From NCBI GenBank assembly GCA_039801565.1, contig JBDRUX010000029.1:1-23255 (forward strand): a stretch of 23,255 bases of DNA, written 5' to 3'. The DNA comes from a candidate division WOR-3 bacterium (GTDB lineage: Bacteria; Hydrothermota; Tepidihabitantia; Tepidihabitantales; JAOUPE01). The notes beneath the pieces are model-generated. The model was given only the letters and a program-made list of their open reading frames with translations, ran no database searches and was not told the origin of the DNA. A program made the translations under genes and the position numbers. Below, one piece after another: positions 7,605 through 16,970 of the stretch (position 1 is the stretch's first letter; the number at the start of each line of letters is the position of its first letter).

Positions 7605-8352
7605 ATATCTTCGTCAAGAAGCATTTCCGAGTCCATTCTGCTCCGGTTGTGGTCACGGCATTCTAATGGGCGCAATATTACGCGCGATTGATGAATTAAA
7701 TCTTGATTTTAATAAGATGGTTTTTGTTTCTGGGATAGGCTGTGGGGCTTGGATTCCCAGTCCCCATTTTGCCGCTGATACTCTGCATACCCTTCACGGT
7801 CGAGCAATCGCCTATGCCACTGGTGTTAAGTTATTCAATCCGGAATTAAAGGTTGTTGTTGTCAGCGGTGATGGTGACATTGCCGCGATTGGCGGTAACC
7901 ATCTAATTCATGCGGCAAGGCGCAATATCACAATGACCGTGATTTGTGCCAATAATAGTATTTATGGAATGACTGGTGGTCAGGTCTCCCCGACGACGCC
8001 AAAATTTGCCAAGACTTCAACCACCGTCCAAGGCAATCCCGAACCGCCTTTTGACCTATGCCAACTGGTCAAGGCTTGTGGTGCCGCTTATGTTGCCCGC
8101 TACACCCCTTATCATATCCGACCTTTAACCAACTCAATCAAAAAGGCACTTTTAACCGATGGCTTCTCATTCATTGATGTCATATCACCTTGTCCAACCC
8201 AATTCGGTCGCAGAAACCAGATGGCTTCTCTTTACCAGATGCTTATGTTCTTGAAGGCTAATTCGATAAATTATGCCCAAGCAAAAAATCTAACCAAGGA
8301 CGAGTTAAAAAACAAAATTATAATTGGTGAATTTATCAATGGTTCAGATTAA
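7585..8352 (+). CDS. korB: 2-oxoacid:ferredoxin oxidoreductase beta subunit (TPP-binding)
   Basis: FCSGCGH, SGIGC, HTLHGRA, GDGD...IGGNH, NNSIYGMTGGQ.SPT, SPCPT. Confidence 0.93.
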   Translation: MSKRLYKYLRQEAFPSPFCSGCGHGILMGAILRAIDELNLDFNKMVFVSGIGCGAWIPSPHFAADTLHTLHGRAIAYATGVKLFNPELKVVVVSGDGDIAAIGGNHLIHAARRNITMTVICANNSIYGMTGGQVSPTTPKFAKTSTTVQGNPEPPFDLCQLVKACGAAYVARYTPYHIRPLTNSIKKALLTDGFSFIDVISPCPTQFGRRNQMASLYQMLMFLKANSINYAQAKNLTKDELKNKIIIGEFINGSD

Positions 8353-8899
8353 GTTGACTGGTTCGGGTGGTCAAGGAATTATTGTGGCAGGTGAGATTTT
8401 GGCTTATGCCGCGGTTTTGGCGGGTAAGGAAGGCAGTGCCCGAAGTTCTTATGGTTCAGCCGCGCGCGGTGGTATCACAACCGCTGAGGTGATAATTGCG
8501 AAAAATTTCATTCCCGCCCCATTTGTTGAAAAACCTGATTACATAATTGCGCTGTCACAATCCGGATATGATTTCTTAGTCAAACAATACCAAGTTATCC
8601 AACCAACATTTATCATTGATTCTTCAACAATTAAGCCTAATTCAGTAATAACCAACCAATTAAATATTCCAGCCACGGCAATTGCCGAACAGGAATTAAA
8701 ATCAACTCTCGGCGCCAATATGATAATGCTCGGTTTTTTTGCTGGCTATACCGAAATGATTAAAAAAGAGTTTTTTGTGGACGCTATTAAGCAACAGATT
8801 AGCGAAAAATATTTAACAATCAACCTTAAAGCCTTTGAAATTGGTTTTGAACAAGGAGCAAAGACAAAAAGTAGTACAAATGTTAGCAAATTCGACTAA
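8339..8899 (+). CDS. korC: 2-oxoacid:ferredoxin oxidoreductase gamma subunit
   Basis: G.GGQGII.AG, SYGSAARGG, ANMIMLG, NLKAFEIG; ATG 8339 overlaps the end of korB. Confidence 0.9.
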   Translation: MVQIKLTGSGGQGIIVAGEILAYAAVLAGKEGSARSSYGSAARGGITTAEVIIAKNFIPAPFVEKPDYIIALSQSGYDFLVKQYQVIQPTFIIDSSTIKPNSVITNQLNIPATAIAEQELKSTLGANMIMLGFFAGYTEMIKKEFFVDAIKQQISEKYLTINLKAFEIGFEQGAKTKSSTNVSKFD

Positions 8900-8923
8900 T
8901 TCGTATTTATAGAAAGGAGCAAA

Positions 8924-9784
8924 ATGAAGACCAATAAAGACAAATTAATCACCATCTCGGTGATTGGCGAGGTTGCCTCACCAACCCGCCGAGTAAATCT
9001 CCGAGTCACTCATCAAGGCGAACCAACCGTTTTTCCCGGCACCGGTGGGATTACCTATAATGTCAAGGTTGGTGACCCGGCATTTGGTTGGGTTGGTGAC
9101 CATATTGAACCCGGTGTTTCAGTAAAAAACAAAGACGAAAATGAAAATCGGGCACTACAACTTTACACCTGCATTGGTAATGAAGTAAAGGTTGTTGGTG
9201 GTAGTGAGGCAAAAGGTCGAAAAGGGATTGTTACTGGTAAACATGGTGGGATTGAGCATCTACTCGTCTGGTTTGATGAAGATACTATAGAGAAATTGGC
9301 GATTGGTGACAAAGTTCAGGTCAAAGCCTGCGGTCAAGGTTTTGCTATCTTGGATTTACCCGAAGTAAAATTCTACAACCTCGACCCGGATTTATTCCTA
9401 AAAATTGGTGCCAAGATTAAAAATGGCTACTTAGAATTTCCGGTTACTCATATCATTCCACCCGAAGTGATGGGTTCAGGCTTAGGCAGTGAGACCTCGG
9501 CTTCTGGCGATTATGACATCACAACCCAAGACCCAGCAACGATTAAGAAACTGAAGTTGGACAATTTAAGATTTGGTGATATTGTCTTTTTAAAAGACAC
9601 TGATAATACTTATGGTCGTTGTATGAAAAGAGGTGCTTGCACCGTCGGAATTGTTGTTCACGGCAATTGTGTAATCGCAGGTCATGGACCTGGTGTCACG
9701 ACCATCGCCACTTCGGTCACTGGCAAGATAAAACCAGTTATAACCAAAGAAGCTAATATTGCGTATTACTTAGGACTTATGTAG
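8924..9784 (+). CDS. DUF4438 family protein (TM1086-like)
   Basis: PGTGGITYNVKVGD.AFGW.GDH.EPGVS, CIGN, VTGKHGG.EH, MGSGLG....GDYDI, GHGPGVT; SD AAGGAG upstream. Confidence 0.85.
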   Translation: MKTNKDKLITISVIGEVASPTRRVNLRVTHQGEPTVFPGTGGITYNVKVGDPAFGWVGDHIEPGVSVKNKDENENRALQLYTCIGNEVKVVGGSEAKGRKGIVTGKHGGIEHLLVWFDEDTIEKLAIGDKVQVKACGQGFAILDLPEVKFYNLDPDLFLKIGAKIKNGYLEFPVTHIIPPEVMGSGLGSETSASGDYDITTQDPATIKKLKLDNLRFGDIVFLKDTDNTYGRCMKRGACTVGIVVHGNCVIAGHGPGVTTIATSVTGKIKPVITKEANIAYYLGLM

Positions 9785-9924
9785 TATAAGCCTAACAAAA
9801 TCATAGACTTATTATAGAGTTAGAAATATTAAAATCGCTTTAACAATTTTAATATTTTTCTTGGTTTCGGTTTAATTTTATAATATTTGTCTAAGGTCTT
9901 GATTTTGCGAAAGAAAGGCAATGG

Positions 9925-10194
9925 AGGGGCTAGCCCAGGGCTAGCCCCTGGCTATCTCCTATATGGTATAGGGGGCGGTATATAGGGTAGCATTCGAGCA
10001 AGCTTAGTCTTTAGCCTTCGATTAAGCCTTGGGATTAGGTTTTGGGATAGGCTAAAGGATAGGAAGGAGAGATAGTTAGGAGGTAGGGACGGGGATTGGC
10101 TTGGGGAAAGGTTGGGAGGTAGGCTTTGGGTGAGACAGGTAATTAGCCACAGAGGTAGGTGGGCAAATAGGCTGGGAAGACCTCGCGATGGCAC
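9925..10194 (-). repeat. Degenerate 12-bp tandem array C (about 20 units) ending in a 25-bp palindrome
   Basis: Minus-strand units include agcctatttgcc, cacctacctctg, agcctacctccc, aacctttcccca, agccaatccccg, tccctacctcct, agcctatcccaa, aacctaatccca. AGGGGCTAGCCC-A-GGGCTAGCCCCT at 9925-9949. Confidence 0.8.
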
Positions 10195-10582
10195 ACCTTT
10201 CAGGTATTCTCTCTCATTGGGTAATGAAGATTAATTTTGTGCTCGAAGCATTTATATTTTTATTTTTTTTCGGTTTGTTCAATTTTCCTCTGGGCGCCGC
10301 TCTTTTTGGCACATAATTTATTAAACAACAGGGCAATGCGTACAGTTTTTTCTTAGATTTTTCTTAGATTTTAAATACAGAAGTAGTTGCCAAACAGCAA
10401 TTTCGAAACCAACAACCGCTGCCATCCTAAATATTAAACCTATCGTCTACTCAATCTTATTCAAATTTTTCTTCGGTCAAAGACTTTCCACCAATCCTTT
10501 GCCATTTTTGGTCAAAAAGATAACCAGCCTACTAATATAACTGGACAAAACTTTCAGCCAAGTCAGTCAATGAAACTAATAC

Positions 10583-10610
10583 TTGACTGCAGATTGCTGA
10601 GCGGTATAAT
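10583..10610 (+). promoter_or_regulatory. Promoter TTGACT-N16-TATAAT
   Basis: -35 at 10583-10588, -10 at 10605-10610, about 200 bp upstream of the 10817 CDS. Confidence 0.7.
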
Positions 10611-10816
10611 AACAATTGTGAATTATAATAACTTAACTTCTGTGATAAAAACTTCGGCGTCTGGTTCTCGTTGGCATTTCTTATCTTCTAATTCAAATTT
10701 AGTTAAAAAGAAGGTAAAAATTCCGATCCGGTTCGTCTATACTCCCAATTTAGCACAAAAAGCAAAGTACTTCGTCTATGAACGAGTTAGGCGAAATTGA
10801 CGGAAGGTCATAGGAA

Positions 10817-11635
10817 ATGGGATTTGATATAAAGAAATTTGCTAAAGGTTTCAAAGATACCATTAATTGGATGCTAGAGAACGAGCATGCCCAAAAGATC
10901 AAAGATGACTTGAAAAATTTTAAAGAAAATAAAACCATTCTTCAGAGAGACCCTGATTCTTTAAAAGCGCTACGCACGATAATCGAATTAATAAAAACTA
11001 ATGGCTGGCGTTTAAGGTTACCCCAAAATTTTGATAGCAAGTGGGATTCGTTTGTAGCTACACATGGTACAAATTTTAGGACACCAATGGCAATAGAAGA
11101 ATTGATTAAGTTGGTTGGGAATCGAAGAAGAAATAATATAGAGCAACTTCTTAGATATTCTACACTACAACAATTCACAGATAACCTTTATAATTTAGCA
11201 AAGCAAGGAAGAACTGAAGTATTAGGTGAAAAAGGAAGGGACAATTATCTGCGAGACTTTGGGTATTGGGATAGGATACCAATGGATAGGCACGAAATGA
11301 GATTTATTATTAGAAGTGGAATATATCATGCTTGCAGCAGTATTGCTAAAAGCGACCCCTTAGAAAAAAGCGATCTTCGTGATGCCTTAAATAAATTTTG
11401 TGCTACCTATTTGAATGGTTACCAAGTGGAAGAAATAGACTTGGACAAAGCTCCTGGAATTGTAGACATTTTCATTTGGTCATTCTCAGCAGAAGATAGA
11501 TACAATATATGTGTAGCTACTCCCAAATGTGAAAAATGTAAGCTCAACGGTGTGTGTCTATATGCTCTTAGTAAAAATACACATCCGCCCGCAAATGCTG
11601 GAACGTTATCTGCAAATTGCTTGAAAAGTCGGTAA
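10817..11635 (+). CDS. HhH-GPD superfamily DNA glycosylase-like protein with a C-terminal 4-Cys (Fe-S) motif
   Basis: LGEKGRDNYLRDFGYWDRIPMDRHEMRF resembles the OGG2-type G.K.A..FLR..G.....DRH..R segment; ICVATPKCEKCKLNGVC resembles the EndoIII FCL motif. Confidence 0.65.
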   Translation: MGFDIKKFAKGFKDTINWMLENEHAQKIKDDLKNFKENKTILQRDPDSLKALRTIIELIKTNGWRLRLPQNFDSKWDSFVATHGTNFRTPMAIEELIKLVGNRRRNNIEQLLRYSTLQQFTDNLYNLAKQGRTEVLGEKGRDNYLRDFGYWDRIPMDRHEMRFIIRSGIYHACSSIAKSDPLEKSDLRDALNKFCATYLNGYQVEEIDLDKAPGIVDIFIWSFSAEDRYNICVATPKCEKCKLNGVCLYALSKNTHPPANAGTLSANCLKSR

Positions 11636-12037
11636 CCAGAGCAGCTAGTAATCACCGATTTAATTTTCCATACCTCACAACTCTAAAACTTACTGTTGCT
11701 TACTTTGGCTATCCTCTATGGTAAATCAATGCGAATCGCTTATCTGTTGACTCAGAAGCGACCCAAAGTCTCTATCAATTACGGATGAGACATTTAGAGA
11801 TTTAAAAGACGGTGTTAGGGTTAAAGGAACTTCAGTTCAAGGTTAAAATTGAAGAACGGTTAGGGCGACTTCTCTTTGGTGCTATATTAGCAGTGGTCGT
11901 AGCGACGTATTTATATCCGTTAGCGCTGGGTTAAATTTCCTCAAGTGGTCAAAAGGATTACCGATTTAAGTTTTATCCAATTGGTCGTCCAGATTTACCG
12001 AGTCATCTGGTATCCGGCGATTGGAAAGTTTGGTTGA
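11620..12037 (+). pseudogene. Frameshifted C-terminal remnant of an IS4-family DDE transposase
   Basis: Across frames: LTVAYFG...AYLLT...SLYQLRM / ETFRDLKDG / LGLKELQFKVKIEERLGRLLFGAILAVV ... LSFIQL, matching the IS4 signature YxxRxxIExxFRDLK...LG...RL.RLL. Confidence 0.7.
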
Positions 12038-12313
12038 AGACTAAGGTCAGTTTAGAATGCTTGGGCGGGGTGGATGAATATAATATAGTTAATAACTGGT
12101 AGGGGAGTATTTGTCGCCAAACGAATAAAATTATGAATTAACAAAAAGTTGGGACAGGGATTCAGGTAATCAAATAGCTGAGTTTAATTTTAAGCGATTT
12201 CTAACTAAACTGAATTGCTTGATTATATTATAGTGGGAGTAAATCAGCCAAATACCAGCGAGGAAATTTTATAATGCCCGTATTTAGTCCGATGCTTGTT
12301 GTATTGACAATTC

Positions 12314-12772
12314 TCAATTATAGGTATGGTAGAGGACGATTATCCGCTTTCCTTCCTTCTCGGCAACATTGACCTCCACTACCTCTTTTTCATCCTCCGG
12401 GACATAGGTAATGGAGTGATAATTTTCATCTTCACGGCTACTTACCAACTTCCAGCCCTTCAGTATCTTGTGATAATATTGCAAAACGGTTTCAGCCGCA
12501 TCGGTTGTCTCCAGATTGTAGGAACAACCCCAGCGTGGTATTTCATATTTGCCATAACGGGCAAGGGGCTTTGCCTTAGGGTATAAGAGTACTTTCGGTA
12601 GCCCGGTTAAATCCACTCCCTGCACCGGACCCATAAATATCTCACCTAATTTACTCTGAAATTTGAAAGTAACGGTTGATTCCGCTGGTTTGGGTCTGAC
12701 CTCTTTTTTAGGATTGGTGCAATGCACAACCAAAAGGATACTAACAACAATACCAATTACGATCTGCCTCAT
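12314..12772 (-). CDS. Hypothetical exported protein, probable lipoprotein
   Basis: MRQIVIGIVVSILLVVH-C signal peptide (non-canonical lipobox); SD AAGGAG; own promoter. Confidence 0.75.
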   Translation of the reverse strand: MRQIVIGIVVSILLVVHCTNPKKEVRPKPAESTVTFKFQSKLGEIFMGPVQGVDLTGLPKVLLYPKAKPLARYGKYEIPRWGCSYNLETTDAAETVLQYYHKILKGWKLVSSREDENYHSITYVPEDEKEVVEVNVAEKEGKRIIVLYHTYN

Positions 12773-12786
12773 AATTCTCCTTTATT

Positions 12787-12814
12787 ATTATAATTTTTGA
12801 TCCTTAGATGTCAA
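12787..12814 (-). promoter_or_regulatory. Promoter TTGACA-N16-TATAAT
   Basis: tgtcaa at 12809-12814 and attata at 12787-12792 on the + strand. Confidence 0.85.
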
Positions 12815-12861
12815 GACAAAATATCCTCATTATTATTAAAGAGTTGAAGACTTAAACGATT

Positions 12862-12881
12862 GAATAAGTTTGAACTTATTC
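12862..12881. promoter_or_regulatory. Dyad GAATAAGTT-TG-AACTTATTC, putative operator
   Basis: Perfect 9-2-9 inverted repeat about 50 bp upstream of the -35 box. Confidence 0.45.
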
Positions 12882-12926
12882 TTTAACGCACCATTGAAAA
12901 ATCAGTCACTATTGAAATAATGAGGC

Positions 12927-13080
12927 AGTATCGGGGCTAAGTTCCGAGGTGACCTACGGGGTCACCCCATCCTCGCTCCCCTAACTGCTTCCTAACTAAC
13001 CCCAAAGTAATTTACGAAGCAACCTACGGAGTAACTAAGAGGATTGTCTGTGGGATTACCCAATACGATACCCACTGAGG
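12927..13080 (+). repeat. Degenerate 12-bp tandem array D
   Basis: agtatcggggct / aagttccgaggt / gacctacggggt ... aatttacgaagc / aacctacggagt / aactaagaggat / tgtctgtgggat / tacccaatacga / tacccactgagg; hairpin GGTGACC-tacgg-GGTCACC at 12948-12966. Confidence 0.7.
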
Positions 13081-13294
13081 TGTAAGAAGTGACGCTTTAT
13101 CACCCCCAAACCGCAACCAAACCGGACTACAAAAATTAAATTTAGAACCCATCATTCCCAAAAATTTTTGTTAGACATAAATATTTTCCCTAATTACTTA
13201 ATTTGTTATTGCTACTCTTTTGTGGCCAATAACCAATTCTCTCTTAGCCTAAAAGCTAAAATAAAAGCAATATTGAAGATTTTTAAGCCTTATT

Positions 13295-14575
<1,281 letters not shown>

Positions 14576-14586
14576 TTAACTTTAGC

Positions 14587-15750
14587 TTAACGATTGATTT
14601 CGGTTTTTAATTCTTTGACCATATCCAATTTTTCCCAGGTGAAATTCGGTTCATTACGACCAAAATGACCGTAACAAGCAGTTGGCAAATAAATCGGCCG
14701 TCGCAATTTCAACCATTCAATCATACCTCTTGGAGTGAAATCGAATAACTTCTTAATAGTTTTAAGGATTATTTCATCGGCGACAGTGCCAGTGTTAAAG
14801 GTGTTGATACTGATATGGATAGGGTCGATTCGACCGATCACATAAGCCAATCTAATCTCGATTTTTTCACACAATCCAGCTGCGACGCAATTTTTTGCCA
14901 CATAACGAGCCATATAAGATGCGGAACGGTCAACTTTAGTCGGGTCTTTACCTGAAAAGGCACCACCGCCGTGATGAGCCATCCCGCCATAGGTATCAAC
15001 GATTATCTTACGACCAGTCATTCCAGTATCCGATTGAGGACCGCCCACGACAAATTTGCCCGTCTCGTTGACATAGTATCGGGTATTACTATCGCGCAAC
15101 TCGGCTGGTACAACTGGTTTAATGACTTTTTCAATTATTTCTTCTTTCGCTTTTTTAGTGATTTGTTTACCCGTCTTGTCTAAGATTTCTTCGGTATGCT
15201 GGGCAGCGATTACTACGCTTTCCACTCGAATCGGTCGGCCATTTTCGTATTCGACTGTAACCTGCGACTTACCATCCGGACCCAAGTAGGGCAAGATTCT
15301 TTTCTTTCGCACCTCAGCCAGACGCCGGGTCAATTTGTGAGCCAACACAATCGGCAGCGGCATAAATTCTTCGGTCTCGTTAGTGGCATAACCAATCATC
15401 AGTCCTTGGTCACCAGCACCGCCGATATCGACGCCTTGGGCAATATCCGGTGACTGAGTTCCAATCGCATTGAGAATAGCACAGTTTTCAGCACTCAAGC
15501 CATATTTCGTGTCAGTATAACCTATATCAGTAAGGAGTCCTCGAACCAATTTTTGTAAATCAACCCAGGCTTTGGTAGTGATTTCGCCCCCGACAATGAC
15601 TAAACCGACGGTGACAAAAGTCTCACAGGCAACCCTACCATATTTGTCCTGCCTTAAGACTTCATCTAAAACTGCATCCGAAATTTGGTCACAGATTTTA
15701 TCCGGATGTCCTTCGGTTACTGATTCGGATGTAAAAAATGTCTTTTCCAT
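14587..15750 (-). CDS. metK: S-adenosylmethionine synthetase
   Basis: [58 protein letters not shown]. Confidence 0.98.
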   Translation of the reverse strand: MEKTFFTSESVTEGHPDKICDQISDAVLDEVLRQDKYGRVACETFVTVGLVIVGGEITTKAWVDLQKLVRGLLTDIGYTDTKYGLSAENCAILNAIGTQSPDIAQGVDIGGAGDQGLMIGYATNETEEFMPLPIVLAHKLTRRLAEVRKKRILPYLGPDGKSQVTVEYENGRPIRVESVVIAAQHTEEILDKTGKQITKKAKEEIIEKVIKPVVPAELRDSNTRYYVNETGKFVVGGPQSDTGMTGRKIIVDTYGGMAHHGGGAFSGKDPTKVDRSASYMARYVAKNCVAAGLCEKIEIRLAYVIGRIDPIHISINTFNTGTVADEIILKTIKKLFDFTPRGMIEWLKLRRPIYLPTACYGHFGRNEPNFTWEKLDMVKELKTEINR

Positions 15751-15756
15751 TGAGCC

Positions 15757-15784
15757 AGTTTAACAAAAATTGGTCAGTTGTCAA
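15757..15784 (-). promoter_or_regulatory. Internal promoter TTGACA-N16-TAAACT (with TG extended -10); leaderless metK predicted
   Basis: tgtcaa at 15779-15784 and agttta at 15757-15762 on the + strand; 6 nt to the ATG; no SD. Confidence 0.75.
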
Positions 15785-15803
15785 TGCCGGAAAATTAATA
15801 TCC

Positions 15804-16970
15804 TCAGTTTACCGTCAAAAAGAAACAACGGAGGTATTCGGTTTCGGGCATACTGAGAATAATCGGATGGTCAGGTCCTTGGGTAGTGCGGTCAATAATT
15901 TTAAAACTCCGCTGGGCGTCTTGTGCTGCCGCAATCAATATATCTAATAAATCCTGCCAAAAGAGATAATGCGAACAACTCGAAGTTACCAGAATCCCCC
16001 CCGGATTTAAAAGCTTCATCGCTTGGAGATTGATTTCCTTATAGCCCTTTAGCCCACTTTTTTTCTCTTTTAGCGATTTGATAAACGGTGGTGGGTCAAG
16101 GACAATCAAATCGAATCTTTTTTCTTCCTTGACATACTGGCGTAAGAGTCGAAAGGCGTCACCAACCTCAAATTGACAAATCTTTTCAACTTGATTTAAC
16201 TTCGCATTTTCCTTCGCCAACTCAATTGCAGCGACTGAACCATCAATACCGGTCACGGTTTTAGCACCACCCAAGGCACTATTGATACTAAAACCACCGG
16301 TATAACAGAAAACATCGAGGACATTACGACCTTGACTTAAGGTTCGGACCTTAGCCCGGGTTAACCGGTGGTCAAAAAAATAACCGGTCTTTTGGCCACC
16401 TTTAATATCAACATAAAACTTTGCTTGATTCTCGTTAATGACAATCTTGTCCTCAATTGCACCATATAGTAATCCTTCTTGTCTGGGGAGTTGCTCAATA
16501 TCCCTTAACCGAAAATCATTCTTCTCAAAAATTGATTTTACTGGAAATAACGAGCTGAGGGCTTGACAAATCAGTTCTTTTCTTTGTTCGGTAGCCAGTG
16601 TGAAGGTTTGTAAGGTAAAATGGTCGCCATACTTATCAATGACGATGCCAGGCAAAAAGTCGCTTTCACCGAAGATTAAGCGAAAATCGTTCTCTTGCGG
16701 CAACACCTGTTTTCGATATTGATAAGCATCCTCAATTCTTTTTTTAATGAAGGCTAAATCAAATTCTTCATTCCTTTTCGAATAGAGACGAATGCGGATT
16801 AAAGAGTGGGGGTTATATAAACCACTGCCCATCAGCTTGCCCCGCTCGTAAACCAGAACCGTGTCACCAGCAATCGGATTACCCTCGGTTCGGCGAATTT
16901 CATTAGCAAATATCCAAAGGTGGTCGCGCCGTGATTTTTTACGAATGATATGAACAACCTTTTGCGGCAC
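15804..16970 (-). CDS. rlmI: RlmI/YccW-like class I SAM-dependent rRNA methyltransferase
   Basis: PUA-like N-terminus HLWIFANE, ESDFLPGIVIDKY, GQKTGYFFD.R, VLDVFCYTGGF, DLIVLDPP.F, SSCS, PDHP...PETEYL. Confidence 0.88.
   Translation of the reverse strand: MPQKVVHIIRKKSRRDHLWIFANEIRRTEGNPIAGDTVLVYERGKLMGSGLYNPHSLIRIRLYSKRNEEFDLAFIKKRIEDAYQYRKQVLPQENDFRLIFGESDFLPGIVIDKYGDHFTLQTFTLATEQRKELICQALSSLFPVKSIFEKNDFRLRDIEQLPRQEGLLYGAIEDKIVINENQAKFYVDIKGGQKTGYFFDHRLTRAKVRTLSQGRNVLDVFCYTGGFSINSALGGAKTVTGIDGSVAAIELAKENAKLNQVEKICQFEVGDAFRLLRQYVKEEKRFDLIVLDPPPFIKSLKEKKSGLKGYKEINLQAMKLLNPGGILVTSSCSHYLFWQDLLDILIAAAQDAQRSFKIIDRTTQGPDHPIILSMPETEYLRCFFLTVN

Noticed and set aside
8888..8905. AATTCG direct repeat at the korC end, and GGATTAA repeat at about 14563-14579, as orphan arms of GxxExxY-type elements
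   Set aside because: Only two short units each and no partner arm; indistinguishable from chance.
9790..9796. GCCTAAC as an attC inverse core
   Set aside because: No matching GTTAGGC within attC distance; it follows an operonic gene.
9824..9857. AT-only inverted repeat AAATATTAAAAT...ATTTTAATATTT as terminator
   Set aside because: No GC pairs; too weak to call.
10570..10800. 76-aa ORF
   Set aside because: Overlaps a consensus promoter and the attC-like site; no SD or motif.
11810..11930. GTTAGGG / GTTAGCG words as more attC cores or telomere-like repeats
   Set aside because: Explained as Leu-Gly/Leu-Ala codons of the transposase remnant.
12304..12330. Antisense promoter TTGACA...TATGGT
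   Set aside because: 15-bp spacer and poor -10, unlike the other five promoters.
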